DNA from: Dehalococcoidia bacterium
GTDB taxonomy: Bacteria > Chloroflexota > Dehalococcoidia > Lucifugimonadales > UBA3495
Reading direction: 5' to 3'
Assembly (NCBI GenBank): GCA_030740155.1
Contig: JASLXV010000008.1
Location: forward strand, 42,474 to 106,473
Length of the DNA: 64,000 nucleotides
Part shown: positions 37,942 through 48,303 of the stretch, piece after piece
Position numbering within the stretch: the stretch's first letter is position 1
Layout: each line of letters begins with the position of its first letter
Notes under the pieces: model-generated
Databases searched by the model: none
The model's input: the letters and a program-made list of their open reading frames with translations, nothing else
Told to the model about the DNA's origin: nothing
Program-made: the position numbers and the translations under genes

Positions 37942-38226
37942 CTAGTTTACCTGGTGCTCCCGGCGCAGCAACTCTTTGGCTGCATCGCCGATGTTGGATT
38001 CGATGCAATCACGCAGCGTGGAGTAGATCGCTTTGTTGATGGCCGCCATCAGAGAAGCCTCAAAGTTTGCATCTATCTGATAGCTGTTCTTCACGGCTAT
38101 CAATCGCTGGAGCAGACTGAGGTAGTGATACTGGAGAGGGGTCAGCAACTGGTCGATTCCTTCAACCATCGATTCGTCCTTCTTCCCCACCAGCCCTTGG
38201 TCTGCCTGTTCTTGCGGTAAGCTCAT
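37942..38226 (-). CDS. Hypothetical helical protein, 94 aa
   Basis: GGAGAGG RBS, natural-looking amphipathic sequence, downstream of dnaK. Confidence 0.65.
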   Translation of the reverse strand: MSLPQEQADQGLVGKKDESMVEGIDQLLTPLQYHYLSLLQRLIAVKNSYQIDANFEASLMAAINKAIYSTLRDCIESNIGDAAKELLRREHQVN

Positions 38227-38346
38227 TTCCTCTCCAACAGCTTAGCCCCCGGTGTATCGAAAGTTCACTTTCAACGAAGATGCTGGCTACGTTGGCCCAT
38301 TATAGCAGACGAACCGCGAGGACCGAAACTGGAACAGTCCCCGTGT

Positions 38347-40245
38347 TCAGACCTCGCGAAACTCACCCTCCACGGTGTCAGCACCCGGCTCATCATCACC
38401 CGGCGGGGTCTCTTCGGTGGTCTCGGCCGGTTCGCTGGCCTCGCTGTAAACAGCCTGGCCCACCTTCTGCAGTGAGTCGTTGAGTTCTTTTATCGCCGCC
38501 TGCATCTCCGCGACGTTGTTTTCGGCCACGGCGGTCTTTAGGATGGCGATCTTGCCCTCGACCTCTTCCTTCAGTTCCTGGGGCACCTTCTCTTTGTTTT
38601 CTTCGATCATCTTTTCGGCGCCATAGACCAGGGAGTCGGCCTGGTTGCGCGTCTCCACCTCAGCCCGCCTCACCTGGTCCTGTTCCGCGTGGGCCATGGA
38701 CTCGTTGACCATCCGCTCGATCTCCTCCTTGGCCAGGCCCGAGCCGGATTGGATCACGATCTTCTGTTCTTTGCCGGTGCCCTTGTCGTGGGCGGACACG
38801 CTGAGTATGCCGTTGGCGTCGATATCGAAGGTAACCTCAATTTGGGGCGTTCCCCGGGGTGACGGTAGAACGCCGTCGAGCATGAAACGGCCGATGGACT
38901 TGTTATCGGTGGCCATGGGCCGCTCGCCCTGAAGCACATGGATGTCGACGCTGGTCTGGCCATCGGCGGCGGTGGTAAACACCTCATTCTTCTTGGTTGG
39001 GATCGTGGTGTTGCGAGGAATCAGGGTCGTCAGAACTCCTCCCAGGGTCTCCAAGCCCAGGGTTAGCGGCGTGACGTCCAGGAGCACGATATCGCCAACC
39101 TCTCCCGCCAGAACCCCGGCCTGAATGGCGGCCCCCAGGGCCACCGCCTCGTCGGGGTTGACGTTCCGGTTGGGCTCGCGGCCAAACATCTCTTTGACTT
39201 TTTGCTGCACCGCCGGCATGCGGGTCATTCCGCCCACCAGGATTACTTCTTCGATGTCCCCGGCGGCCATCCCGGCATCGGCCAAAGCCTGGAGGCACGG
39301 TCCTTGGGTCCGGTCGACCAGGCCGCTGACCATCTGATCCAACTTGGCCCGGCTCAAAGGTTTCACCAGGTGCTGGGGGCCGCTGGCATCGGCGGTGATG
39401 AACGGGAGATTGATCTCCGTTTCCAGAACACTGGACAGCTCCACCTTGGCCCGCTCGGCGGCATCCCGCAGCCGTTGCAGAGCCATCCGGTCCTTGCTCA
39501 GGTCGATACCGGTCTCCTGCCTGAATTCCTGGATCAGCCACTCCAGGATCGCCTGGTCGAAGTCGTCGCCGCCCAGGAACGTGTCCCCGTTGGTGGACTT
39601 GACCTCGAATACACCCTCTCCCATCTGGAGGATGGTGATGTCGAAAGTGCCTCCACCCAGGTCGAAGACCGCTATGGTGGCATCGGTCTTGCTCTTGTCC
39701 AGGCCGTAAGCCAGGGAGCAGGCCGTTGGCTCGTTGATGATGCGGAGCACGTCCATCCCGGCAATGGTGCCGGCGTCCTTGGTGGCTTGCCGCTGGGAAT
39801 CGTTGAAGTAGGCCGGAACGGTAATGACCGCCTGGGTGATCTTCTCTCCCAGCTTGGCTTCCGCGTCCTGCTTGATTTTCTGAAGGACGAATGAGGAGAT
39901 CTGGGGCGGGCCATAAGCCTGGCCGGCCATCTCCACCTGGGCATCTCCATCGGCGCCTTTCACTATCTTGTAGGGCAGTTTTTGAGTGGCGCCCTGGACC
40001 TCGGCGTCATCGAACCTCCGGCCCATCAACCGCTTGACGGAGAATAGGGTGTTCTCCGGATTGGTGACGGCCTGGCGCTTGGCGACCTGGCCCACGTACC
40101 TCTCCCCCGATCGGGCGTTTACCGCGACCACCGACGGGGTTAGCCGGGAACCCTCGGCGTTTTCCACCACCACTGGTTCTCCGGCCTCGATAACCGCCGC
40201 CACGGAGTTCGTTGTTCCCAGATCGATGCCCAGGACTTTAGCCAT
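38347..40245 (-). CDS. dnaK: Chaperone DnaK
   Basis: [41 protein letters not shown]. Confidence 0.99.
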   Translation of the reverse strand: MAKVLGIDLGTTNSVAAVIEAGEPVVVENAEGSRLTPSVVAVNARSGERYVGQVAKRQAVTNPENTLFSVKRLMGRRFDDAEVQGATQKLPYKIVKGADGDAQVEMAGQAYGPPQISSFVLQKIKQDAEAKLGEKITQAVITVPAYFNDSQRQATKDAGTIAGMDVLRIINEPTACSLAYGLDKSKTDATIAVFDLGGGTFDITILQMGEGVFEVKSTNGDTFLGGDDFDQAILEWLIQEFRQETGIDLSKDRMALQRLRDAAERAKVELSSVLETEINLPFITADASGPQHLVKPLSRAKLDQMVSGLVDRTQGPCLQALADAGMAAGDIEEVILVGGMTRMPAVQQKVKEMFGREPNRNVNPDEAVALGAAIQAGVLAGEVGDIVLLDVTPLTLGLETLGGVLTTLIPRNTTIPTKKNEVFTTAADGQTSVDIHVLQGERPMATDNKSIGRFMLDGVLPSPRGTPQIEVTFDIDANGILSVSAHDKGTGKEQKIVIQSGSGLAKEEIERMVNESMAHAEQDQVRRAEVETRNQADSLVYGAEKMIEENKEKVPQELKEEVEGKIAILKTAVAENNVAEMQAAIKELNDSLQKVGQAVYSEASEPAETTEETPPGDDEPGADTVEGEFREV

Positions 40246-40855
40246 TCTCGGTCTCCTTTGGGTCTGTGGTTTGTTCTGCTTGATCGTTGGTTTGAGGTTC
40301 GCGGGCCACCATGACCTGGGCCGGTTGAATCACCCGGTCGTGCAGCCTGTATCCGGGACGGATGGCCTGGGCGACGTAACCATCGGGGTATTCGGTGGTC
40401 TCCACCGTACCCAAGGCTTCGTGCTCCAGTGGATTGAACAGGGCTCCCAGGGAGTCCACCGCCGTGACCCCTTCGGACGCCAGCATGTTACGTAGCTTTC
40501 GCTGGATCAGCATGACGCCCTCCAGCCAGGAAGCGTTAGGCCCCCCCTTGCCGGCGTGGGTTACCGCCAGGTCCAACTCTTCAACGATCGGGAGCAGCCT
40601 GGTGAGGAGCCGGCCGTTGGAGTACCTTGCCTGGGATACCCGCTCTTCCTCGGTCCTCCGGCGAAAGTTCGCAAGCTCCGCCTGAGCCCGTTGGGCTGTG
40701 TCCAAGTTCTGGCTTGCCTCTTGCCGGGCTTCCCCCAGGTATTCACGGAGGGCTGCGAACTGGTCGTCCACTGAAAGGTGGCTCCATTCATCCTCGCCTT
40801 TTTCAGGTGAGGGCTCGGCTCCGTTCTCCTGGGAGTCGTTGGGTTCATTCGTCAT
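40238..40855 (-). CDS. grpE: Nucleotide exchange factor GrpE
   Basis: [35 protein letters not shown]. Confidence 0.96.
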   Translation of the reverse strand: MTNEPNDSQENGAEPSPEKGEDEWSHLSVDDQFAALREYLGEARQEASQNLDTAQRAQAELANFRRRTEEERVSQARYSNGRLLTRLLPIVEELDLAVTHAGKGGPNASWLEGVMLIQRKLRNMLASEGVTAVDSLGALFNPLEHEALGTVETTEYPDGYVAQAIRPGYRLHDRVIQPAQVMVAREPQTNDQAEQTTDPKETENG

Positions 40856-40895
40856 TGGTCATCCTTGGGTTAGAGTTCAACGTCGCAGCAGGGGT

Positions 40896-41396
40896 TCAGT
40901 CATCCACCGGCAGGTTCAGGCTGCGAAAAACGCTGGTTATTTCTTGCTCTATAACCGAACTAAGAGGGTTGCCTTCCGAAAAAGCCAGAAGGCGTTGCTC
41001 CAAATGGAGCAGGTTCTCTATCAGCGCCAGAGCGAACTCTACCCCGGCGAGATTGAGGCCCATGTTCCCCAGGTGGCGGATCAGTCTCACCCTGCGGATG
41101 TCCTCCCGGGAATACAGCCGCAGCATGCCGATGGTCCGGCCCGGGTTGATCAACCCCATCCGCTCGTATTTGCGGAGCGTCTGAGGATGCACGTCCAAGA
41201 TGCGAGCGGCTACGCTGATGATGTAGACGCCTTCCATCCGCAACACCGTGTCTTCGGCATCGGTGGCGCCGGGCGCTGGCCGGGGGGGCTGGCTGGATTC
41301 CGGCCTGGCTAGAGACGCCTGCTCAGGCCGCATCGGTAGCGGTTGAGGTGAAATCTTCATCTTGTCGACCACCCTTGGCCTGGACCTCTGGTGCAT
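40896..41396 (-). CDS. hspR: MerR-family heat-shock repressor HspR
   Basis: YIISVAARILDVHPQTLRKYER.GLI.PGRT.G..RLYS..D, GLNLAGV; directly upstream of grpE-dnaK; start codon uncertain. Confidence 0.85.
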   Translation of the reverse strand: MHQRSRPRVVDKMKISPQPLPMRPEQASLARPESSQPPRPAPGATDAEDTVLRMEGVYIISVAARILDVHPQTLRKYERMGLINPGRTIGMLRLYSREDIRRVRLIRHLGNMGLNLAGVEFALALIENLLHLEQRLLAFSEGNPLSSVIEQEITSVFRSLNLPVDD

Positions 41397-41457
41397 CCGG
41401 TATCCCTCTATATTGCGTCAAACCCGTAGCTGCCCGCGTTGACCTTGCCATGTTTAT

Positions 41458-41486
41458 ATGATACGGTCTGATACGAGTTGTGTCAA
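41458..41486 (-). promoter_or_regulatory. Sigma70 promoter of hspR-grpE-dnaK
   Basis: TTGACA-N17-TATCAT on minus strand; TGATACG direct repeat at 41459 and 41469. Confidence 0.7.
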
Positions 41487-41547
41487 CGTCCTTGTTGCGA
41501 AGGAGATAAATCGGGTGGGGAATCTATGAGGGGAAAGGGAGGAGGAG

Positions 41548-41724
41548 ATGATCGAGTTTAAAGTTTGTCCACGATGCCGGGGAGACCTTTACCGCGCTGA
41601 AGATATGTATGGCAAATACCTCAGTTGTTTTCAATGCGGGTACTTGCGAGACCTGCCGGTTGAGAAACTGATGGCGATGCAGGAGCCCGCAACTCAGGTT
41701 GGGAAGAAGCAAGAGGTAGCCTAG
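41548..41724 (+). CDS. 58-aa zinc-ribbon protein
   Basis: GGAGGAG RBS; MIEFKVCPRCRGDLYRAEDMYGKYLSCFQCGYLRDL...; below the ORF-track length cutoff. Confidence 0.85.
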   Translation: MIEFKVCPRCRGDLYRAEDMYGKYLSCFQCGYLRDLPVEKLMAMQEPATQVGKKQEVA

Positions 41725-41772
41725 TCCGAACCCCGCGCCGCGCGGGTTAAGGTCTCGGCCTCACCGGTCCAA

Positions 41773-42372
41773 TCAATGCTGGAAACGCTCCTCTTTCCAG
41801 GGGTCGGCGTTGTTTGAGTAACCTCGTTGCTCCCAGAATCCGGGAGCATCTTCGGCCAGCAGTTCGACGCCGCTGACCTATTTGGCGCTTTTCCAGGCGT
41901 AGCGGCTCGGAACGATCAAGCGTAGCGGCCAGCCATGGCTTTAGCCCAAAGGCTGGCCGTCTTGCTTGTGGGCGAAAAACCCCTCTCTCATGGCCAGTTC
42001 CAGGGGAATATTCGTGCTGTAGCCGCCGTGGCAGTGGACCACCACGAACCGGGCGCCGGGCAGCGGGCGGGCCAGGGACACCACGTCGGCAAAAGGTACC
42101 CCTTCCCAGCTGTTGTCCAGGTGGCTCCATTGGGTGACACAATGGAAATCGGCGTTGATCACCCGCCATTGGAGTTGGGAGAACTGATCCCAGTCCAGTT
42201 CGACTTCCTCGCCGGCCAGGCCGAACACCCGGAGCTTCCAATCGGTGATGGCGACCTGAGGAACGGGTCCATAGGTCAAAACCGGGAACTTTTTGCTCAG
42301 GTATTGCCCCGGCGGGACCCGGCTGCCGGCACCCTGATCCAGGACGGTTTTGATCTGGTCGGGCCGTTTCAT
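41773..42372 (-). pseudogene. Sulfite-oxidase-like molybdopterin oxidoreductase with two nonsense codons
   Basis: PPGQY, DFHCVTQWS, WEGV, YSTN; in-frame TAA (41941-43) and TAG (41878-80), then the frame continues [32 protein letters not shown]. Confidence 0.88.
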
Positions 42373-42545
42373 ACAACTCCTAGTTTTCCGGCGGATACAC
42401 GGCTCTGTTTCGAATTAGTGTAGTCTATATCCCCGGATCCTGTGTAACCTATGTGCCCGGTCTCACACCCCCCGCCCACCGGTTTCACCTTGAGATGGTT
42501 CGAGGGCCTAATGCGGTTCCGCCTGATATCGCCGGCGCTTAAACG

Positions 42546-42646
42546 CTAGTACTGGTGTCATAAATCCGCGTTACAGCGGTTCGTATCCGTTAGGATAGCT
42601 TCCAAGCTTGGCTAATGTGACTCAGTTTGCCGACATCTAGCACTAG
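42546..42646. mobile_element. MITE-like element with CTAG-flanked TIRs (IS630-like ends)
   Basis: CTAGTACTGGTGTCATAAA ... TTTGCCGACATCTAGCACTAG; the right CTAG includes the cupredoxin stop codon. Confidence 0.5.
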
Positions 42647-43509
42647 TAGTCGCCGCCGCCGCTGTCATCGCCGCCGCCGTCCATGCTTTCCTCGACAACG
42701 GCCCCTTGAGGCGCCGCGGAGATTGGGGTTCCGGAGGGCCCAACACTAATCGTCGCCTGCATGGAGGATGGGTGAATCCGGCAGTAATAGGCGAAAGTGC
42801 CCTCTTCGGTGAATTTGAAGCTGAACGAGGAATTCCCCGGCAGCATCGGACTGTCCCAGACACCGCTGGGACCAGGGGCGATACCGGACGTGGTGGTGTG
42901 AAAAACGGCGTCCTGGTTGGTCCAGGTGACCGTGGTCCCAACCGGCAGCGTCAAGTCCTCCAGTTTGAAATTCACGATGTTGGAGGCCAGGTCCACGGGC
43001 GCCGGGGTAGGTGTGGGAGGTGCGGTCGGCGTCGGCGGCGCCGGTGTCGGTTCCTGGGTGGCCACCACGAGGGCAGGCGTGCTGGCCGGTTCAGGTGTGG
43101 CCGAGGGAAGGGGCGTTGGCGCCATCGTGGGCGCGATGGTAAGTGCTACCGTAGGTGCGCTCAAAGGCGTGGGGCTTGGCGCGGAGGTTGGGCTGGAGGT
43201 CGCCACCGGGCTGGGTGCAACGGTAGGAAGTGGTGTGGGCGCCACCGTGGGCGTGATGGCCACCGTGGGGCTCGTGGTTGCGGCCGGCGTCGCCGTCGCT
43301 GCGCTGGGCGTTATTGGGATTGAAGCCGGTTGCAGAGCCACGGTCACGGCGAGAGTAGGAGTGGGTGCCGTTGCGGTGGGAGTGGCCGGCTGGGCTGTGG
43401 CCGAGCCACCGCAAGCCGCTACCAACAGCCAGATGGCCAGAAGAGGCGCCACTCGCTTGCCGCCGGGCTTAAATCTCACGGGGACTCCGACTGACTCGTG
43501 ACCATTCAT
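42643..43509 (-). CDS. Lipoprotein with long P/T-rich stalk and C-terminal cupredoxin domain
   Basis: Lipobox LVAAC; GTTVTWTNQD..FHT and YYCRIHPSSM type-1 copper ligands. Confidence 0.85.
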   Translation of the reverse strand: MNGHESVGVPVRFKPGGKRVAPLLAIWLLVAACGGSATAQPATPTATAPTPTLAVTVALQPASIPITPSAATATPAATTSPTVAITPTVAPTPLPTVAPSPVATSSPTSAPSPTPLSAPTVALTIAPTMAPTPLPSATPEPASTPALVVATQEPTPAPPTPTAPPTPTPAPVDLASNIVNFKLEDLTLPVGTTVTWTNQDAVFHTTTSGIAPGPSGVWDSPMLPGNSSFSFKFTEEGTFAYYCRIHPSSMQATISVGPSGTPISAAPQGAVVEESMDGGGDDSGGGDY

Positions 43510-43695
43510 TGCAATATACGCCGGGTTTGATGAATGGGATTCCTGCCCGGCCAGCTAAATCCCGGCCCCCCGCTCAACTCCGCCACCGATTCGGCCCCGG
43601 CGCTGCTTGACATAACCGATCTCGCCAAACCCGATCCGATATGAGTTCGGCCTGAGGCGGACGGGCTTTCGCCCGTGGGAGGAGCGTATTTTCAC

Positions 43696-46524
43696 CTACA
43701 GCCTCCGTATGCCGGTCAGGACCCTGGCCGGGGTGGCCGGCAGGTCGTAGATACGGACTCCCACCGCGTCATAGATTCCATTAGTGATCGCGGGCGTCAG
43801 CGGCACGGTGGCCACCTCCGATATCCCCTTGGCGCCGAACGGCCCGATGGGGTCGGGCTTTTCCACGATCAACGTGCGGACCACCGGCGCCTCCAGGATC
43901 GTGGGCACCTTGAGGTCGTGGTAGGTCCGGGCCTTGGGCCAGCCCCGCTCCACCGGGAAGTCTTCGCTCAGGGCGTATCCCTGGGCCATGAGGCAGCTCC
44001 CCTCGATCTGGCCCTCGATCTTCTGAGGGTTGATGGCCCGGCCCACGTCATGGGCCGCAAAAACCCGGAGCACCTTGACCTTCCCGGTTTTGGGGTCTAC
44101 CTCCAGCGCGCACGCCTGGGTGGTGTAGGCATAGGCGGGAAAGTTGCGGTACTCTTCACGGGGGACGCTCTTGCGTCCCGCCACGTCGGCCAGGGCGAAG
44201 GTCCTGGGCCCGACGAATACGTAGCTGCTTTGCACCCGCTCCTCTCGGCGGCTCATCTCCTGCTCCACCTCAGCCAGGGTGAGCCCGTCGCCCGATGCCG
44301 GGCCGGAAACTGCGTCGGCGGTGAGCGCCAGTTCTTCGGCCGGTAGCTCCAGGATGGAGGAGGCTGCGGCCAGCAACGCGTCCCTGAACAGCTTCGCCGC
44401 CTCCTGGACGGCCCGGCCATTGATCAGCGTCTGCCGCTCCGCCACCGCTCCGGCGTGTCGGTGGGTCAACGCCGTGTCACCGGAGATCACTTCCAGGCTG
44501 TGGTCGCCCAGGGGTACGACCTCCCGGGTGATCTGGGCCATCGTGGTACGGATCCCTTGTCCGTAATCCACGGCCGAGACCCTCAGCTCCACCTTTCCTC
44601 CGGGGAGAAGGGTGAAGGTAGCCCCCGCGTCATCCACCTTGCCCTTGCCCGCTCCCACGTTCTTGAAGGCGCTGGCCACGCCGATGCCCAACTTGCAGCC
44701 GGGAGTGACCATCTTCCTGATCCCGGGCAGCTCCTCTTCCAGCGCGGCCCGGGCGGCGGCCACGGTTTCCTGCAACGCCACGCTCTCCCTCAAGATCTGG
44801 CCGGTGGCCGTCTCACTCCCTGCCTTCAATCCGTTCTTGTGGCGCAGATCGAAGGGGTCAATGCCCAGCTTCCGTGCCGCCTCGTCCAGCAAGGACTCGA
44901 GGGAAAAGGCGGCCTGGTTGATGCCAAATCCCCGGAAGGCCCCGCCCTTGACATTGTTGGTGTAGACGGCCCAACCCTCCACCCGCAGGTGAGGCACTTC
45001 GTAGGGGCCGCAAGCAAAGATGCAGGCTTGGTCGATTGTCCGGGGACTCAGGTCCGTGTAGGCGCCGGCGTCGGAAAGCAGCTTGGCGTCCACGGTCAGG
45101 ATTTTGCCTTCGCTGGTCAGCCCAACCCGGTATTCCATCGAGTAGGCATGCCGCTTGGTGCTCCGTATCAGCGACTCCCCTCGGGTCAGGGTCATCTTGA
45201 CGGCCCTCCCGGTGCAGTAAGCCGCGAGCGCCAGCAGGGGCTCAACAGTTGAGTCGAGCTTGCCGCCGAATGCGCCCCCTATGGGTGCGATGATGATGCG
45301 CACCTTCTCCTCCGGGAGCGCCATGGCGCTGGCCATTTGGGTCCGCAGTTCGAAGGGGCTCTGGGCTGGGACCCGCAGGGTCAGCACGTCGCCCTCCCAA
45401 TAGGCCACCCCAGCCTCCGGCTCCGTATAGGCGTGCTCGATGAAAGGCGTTTCGAAATGGCCTTCCACCACCAGGTCCGCTTCGGCCAGTCCCCGCTCGA
45501 CGTCGCCCACGGCGTGGACCAGATGGGTGCAGACGTTCCCGTCAGGAAAAAGCAGGGGAGCATCTTCTCGCAGGCTGTCCGCGGGGGAAAAGAGACCCGG
45601 CAATGGCTCATAATCCACCCGAATCAAGTCCCGAGCCTTCTCCGCGATATCCTCACTCTCGGCCACCACCACGGCTACCGCGTCGCCGATAAACCGGACC
45701 CTATCCAGACACAGTACGGGTTGGTCCGGCTTGATCGAGCCGAATCCGTTGTGTCCCGGAACATCGGACGCCGTCAGGACCCGGAGGACGCCTGGGACCT
45801 CTTCTGCCGCCCCGGTGTCTATGCCTTTTATGATGGCGTGGGGGTGGGCGCTCCAGACCGCCTTGAGATAAAACATGTCCTCCAACAAGACGTCGTCTCC
45901 GTAGACCTGGGTCCCCTGGGCTTTCGCTACGCCGTCGATATCCATCACGGAGTGGTTGAGACCGCCACTGGCCAGCACCGCCATCTCCTCGGGGTTCTTC
46001 AGCCAGCGGGCGCTCAGTTTCACTCCGTCGATGATCTGTCCGTAGGCAGCGCACCGGCAGACGACATCACTCAAGGCCCGCCGGATTTCAGCATCGCCGG
46101 GGTCGGGGTTGGAGTCCAGCAGGGCCTTCGTGGCCATGATCATCCCCGGAATGCAGAATCCGCACTGTATGCCCCCAGCGGCCAGAAACGCCGCCTGTAT
46201 TGGGTGTAGGGCCCCCGTTTCGGATAACCCCTCGATGGTCACGATATCGGCGTTCTCCAGGGTACGCACCTGCAACAGGCATGACTTCTCCGGCTTCCCG
46301 TTGACTAGGACCATACAGCTGCCGCAATGGTTCGTCCCGCAACCGTTCTTGGTGCCCGTCAGACGCAGGTCCTCCCGCAGGAACCGCATTAGGCTAAGCC
46401 TGTTGGTCACGGTGGAGGTCACCTTCTTCTGCCCGAGGAACCGGAGCAGGCTGGCCCTCGTGGGCACGTTAGAGGTGACCGCTTTCCCGTTGACCGTCAG
46501 GTTTACGCTGATGGTGTCGTCCAT
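43696..46524 (-). CDS. Xanthine dehydrogenase/aldehyde oxidoreductase family protein, fused 2x[2Fe-2S] and Mo-binding subunit
   Basis: GTKNGCG..HCGSC, IQCGFCIPG, CRC, GGAFGGK, AFRGFG, YGQG, GAKGISE. Confidence 0.93.
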   Translation of the reverse strand: MDDTISVNLTVNGKAVTSNVPTRASLLRFLGQKKVTSTVTNRLSLMRFLREDLRLTGTKNGCGTNHCGSCMVLVNGKPEKSCLLQVRTLENADIVTIEGLSETGALHPIQAAFLAAGGIQCGFCIPGMIMATKALLDSNPDPGDAEIRRALSDVVCRCAAYGQIIDGVKLSARWLKNPEEMAVLASGGLNHSVMDIDGVAKAQGTQVYGDDVLLEDMFYLKAVWSAHPHAIIKGIDTGAAEEVPGVLRVLTASDVPGHNGFGSIKPDQPVLCLDRVRFIGDAVAVVVAESEDIAEKARDLIRVDYEPLPGLFSPADSLREDAPLLFPDGNVCTHLVHAVGDVERGLAEADLVVEGHFETPFIEHAYTEPEAGVAYWEGDVLTLRVPAQSPFELRTQMASAMALPEEKVRIIIAPIGGAFGGKLDSTVEPLLALAAYCTGRAVKMTLTRGESLIRSTKRHAYSMEYRVGLTSEGKILTVDAKLLSDAGAYTDLSPRTIDQACIFACGPYEVPHLRVEGWAVYTNNVKGGAFRGFGINQAAFSLESLLDEAARKLGIDPFDLRHKNGLKAGSETATGQILRESVALQETVAAARAALEEELPGIRKMVTPGCKLGIGVASAFKNVGAGKGKVDDAGATFTLLPGGKVELRVSAVDYGQGIRTTMAQITREVVPLGDHSLEVISGDTALTHRHAGAVAERQTLINGRAVQEAAKLFRDALLAAASSILELPAEELALTADAVSGPASGDGLTLAEVEQEMSRREERVQSSYVFVGPRTFALADVAGRKSVPREEYRNFPAYAYTTQACALEVDPKTGKVKVLRVFAAHDVGRAINPQKIEGQIEGSCLMAQGYALSEDFPVERGWPKARTYHDLKVPTILEAPVVRTLIVEKPDPIGPFGAKGISEVATVPLTPAITNGIYDAVGVRIYDLPATPARVLTGIRRL

Positions 46525-47177
46525 GCTGAGAAGCCTCCGCGCCGTTTAGATAGCGGTGATGGACCGGCCGGAATTTGACCCGCTCGCCGCCCGTCATCGG
46601 ATGTTATCTCACCAGCACAGCGTCGCACAACCCAAGCACAATCAAGCGAAAGCCAGTTCGGCCGGTGGGGCTGGGTTGGCGTTGCCGGCCCGGAGCCGGT
46701 TTGGGCCGATGAACTTGGGCTACCGGTCTTGCGGGAAACGCATCTCCGAGGCGCCTCCTGGAGGATTCCATCTTCGCCAAGAGGTCAACAGCGGAAACAG
46801 GTTTCAAACAACTTATATTTTGCGTGTGACCCAAAACCCCCTTAATAAGGGAAACTGACGGGGATCACCCCGTTACAGGGGTTGCCCATGGGATGTTCGC
46901 CAAAGCATGCTTGGTCAGTATTCCAATTCGGGAATCAAGCAATGTACTGCCCTTCGCGCTGCTGGAGCGCACGGGAATTTAAGTACGCTCTCGGGTACAA
47001 TTGGGGATGCGAGTGGGGCCGAAAGTATCGGTGACTGTAGATCCTGCCGGTCACCTTGGCCCGCACTTGGCAAGAATGAATTCCCTTTCAGATCGCCCAC
47101 GGCGCGCCTTCACCGATACGTTCCGGTCGGAGGGCCACGGTATCTGGGGACGAATCAAACAACAGGAGGTGCCCCAC

Positions 47178-48300
47178 ATGCCGATGGGAAGAGCGGCGGC
47201 CTTCGTTGGACCACACCATTTCGAGATGGTCGAACTGCCGACGCCGGCCGTTGAGCCGGGCGGAATTCTCATCCGGGTTACCGCCGCGGGCATCTGTGGC
47301 TCCGACCTCCATTACTGGCGTGGGCAGATGAAGCCCGAATTCAAGGGATGTCCCGGGCCGGCGATCATCGGCCACGAGATGACCGGCGTGGTGCACACGT
47401 TGGGACGGGACATCACCACGGACTCGCTAGGCCGGCCTTTGCGAGAAGGGGATAGGGTTGCCTACACCTATTTCTTCCCTTGCCGGCGCTGCTATGTGTG
47501 CCTGAGGGGCGAGTTGAACCACTGCCCGGACCGTTTCCGTTTTCGGGCTTCCATCGAGGAGTACCCGTATTGCAGTGGAGGCTTTGCCGAGTACTTCTAC
47601 CTCCACCCGGGACACTTCGTGTTCAAGGTCCCCGATAACCTTTCTGATGAAGCGGTAACGTCGGCCAACTGTGCGGTGCCCCAAGTGATATATGGACTCA
47701 ACCAGGCCGGCGTTCGCATGGGCGACACCGTGGTTATTCAGGGTGCGGGCGGCTTGGGTATCTATGGCGGGCGCCGCGGCCGCCATAGACATGGGCGCCT
47801 CCCACGTCATCGCCATAGACGGCATCTCCAACCGTCTGGAGTTGGCCGTGCAATGCGGCGCGGATAGCACGGTGGATATCAACGAACACACTACTCCGGA
47901 ATCACGTGTCCAGCGGGTCAAAGAGTTGACGAATGGGCGAGGCGCCGACGTGGTTCTGGAGGTGGTGGGATTCCCTCACCTGGTTCCGGAAGGCCTGGAT
48001 ATGCTGAGACCGGGCGGCACCTTCGTGGAGACCGGCAACATCTCGACCGGCAGTAACGTTACCCTGGATATATCCAAGATATTGTGGGGCTCCACCAGAA
48101 TCATACCCACGGCCCACTACGATCCCTACATCCTTCCCGTGGCGCTGGACTTCCTCAACCGCACCAAAGACAAGTATCCGCTCACAAAAGTGATGTCCCA
48201 CATGTTCCCGCTGGAGCAGATACACCAGGCCTTCGAGCAAGCGGAGTGGGCCGGCAAGGGGGAGGAGACCGCCATCACCCGGGCCTTCTTGATGCCCTGA
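47178..48300 (+). pseudogene. Zn-dependent alcohol dehydrogenase, frameshifted
   Basis: GICGSD, GHE, CRRCYVC...C, QGAGGLG; GGCG duplicated at 47766-47773; removing one copy restores YGAAAAIDMGA and the C-terminal half. Confidence 0.88.
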
Positions 48301-48303
48301 GCG

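Noticed and set aside
40864..40881. HAIR-like CTTGGGT-N4-GTTCAAC before grpE
   Set aside because: Wrong spacer length and several mismatches to CTTGAGT-N7-ACTCAAG.
41878..41943. Sec/Pyl or genetic-code recoding of the in-frame stops
   Set aside because: The stops are TAA and TAG, one at a Trp position, and both codons terminate normal genes in this window.
43000..43400. CRISPR or tandem DNA array (also 53990-54210 and 34580-34650)
   Set aside because: Low-complexity P/T/A coding linkers without fixed repeat-spacer structure; no cas genes in the window.
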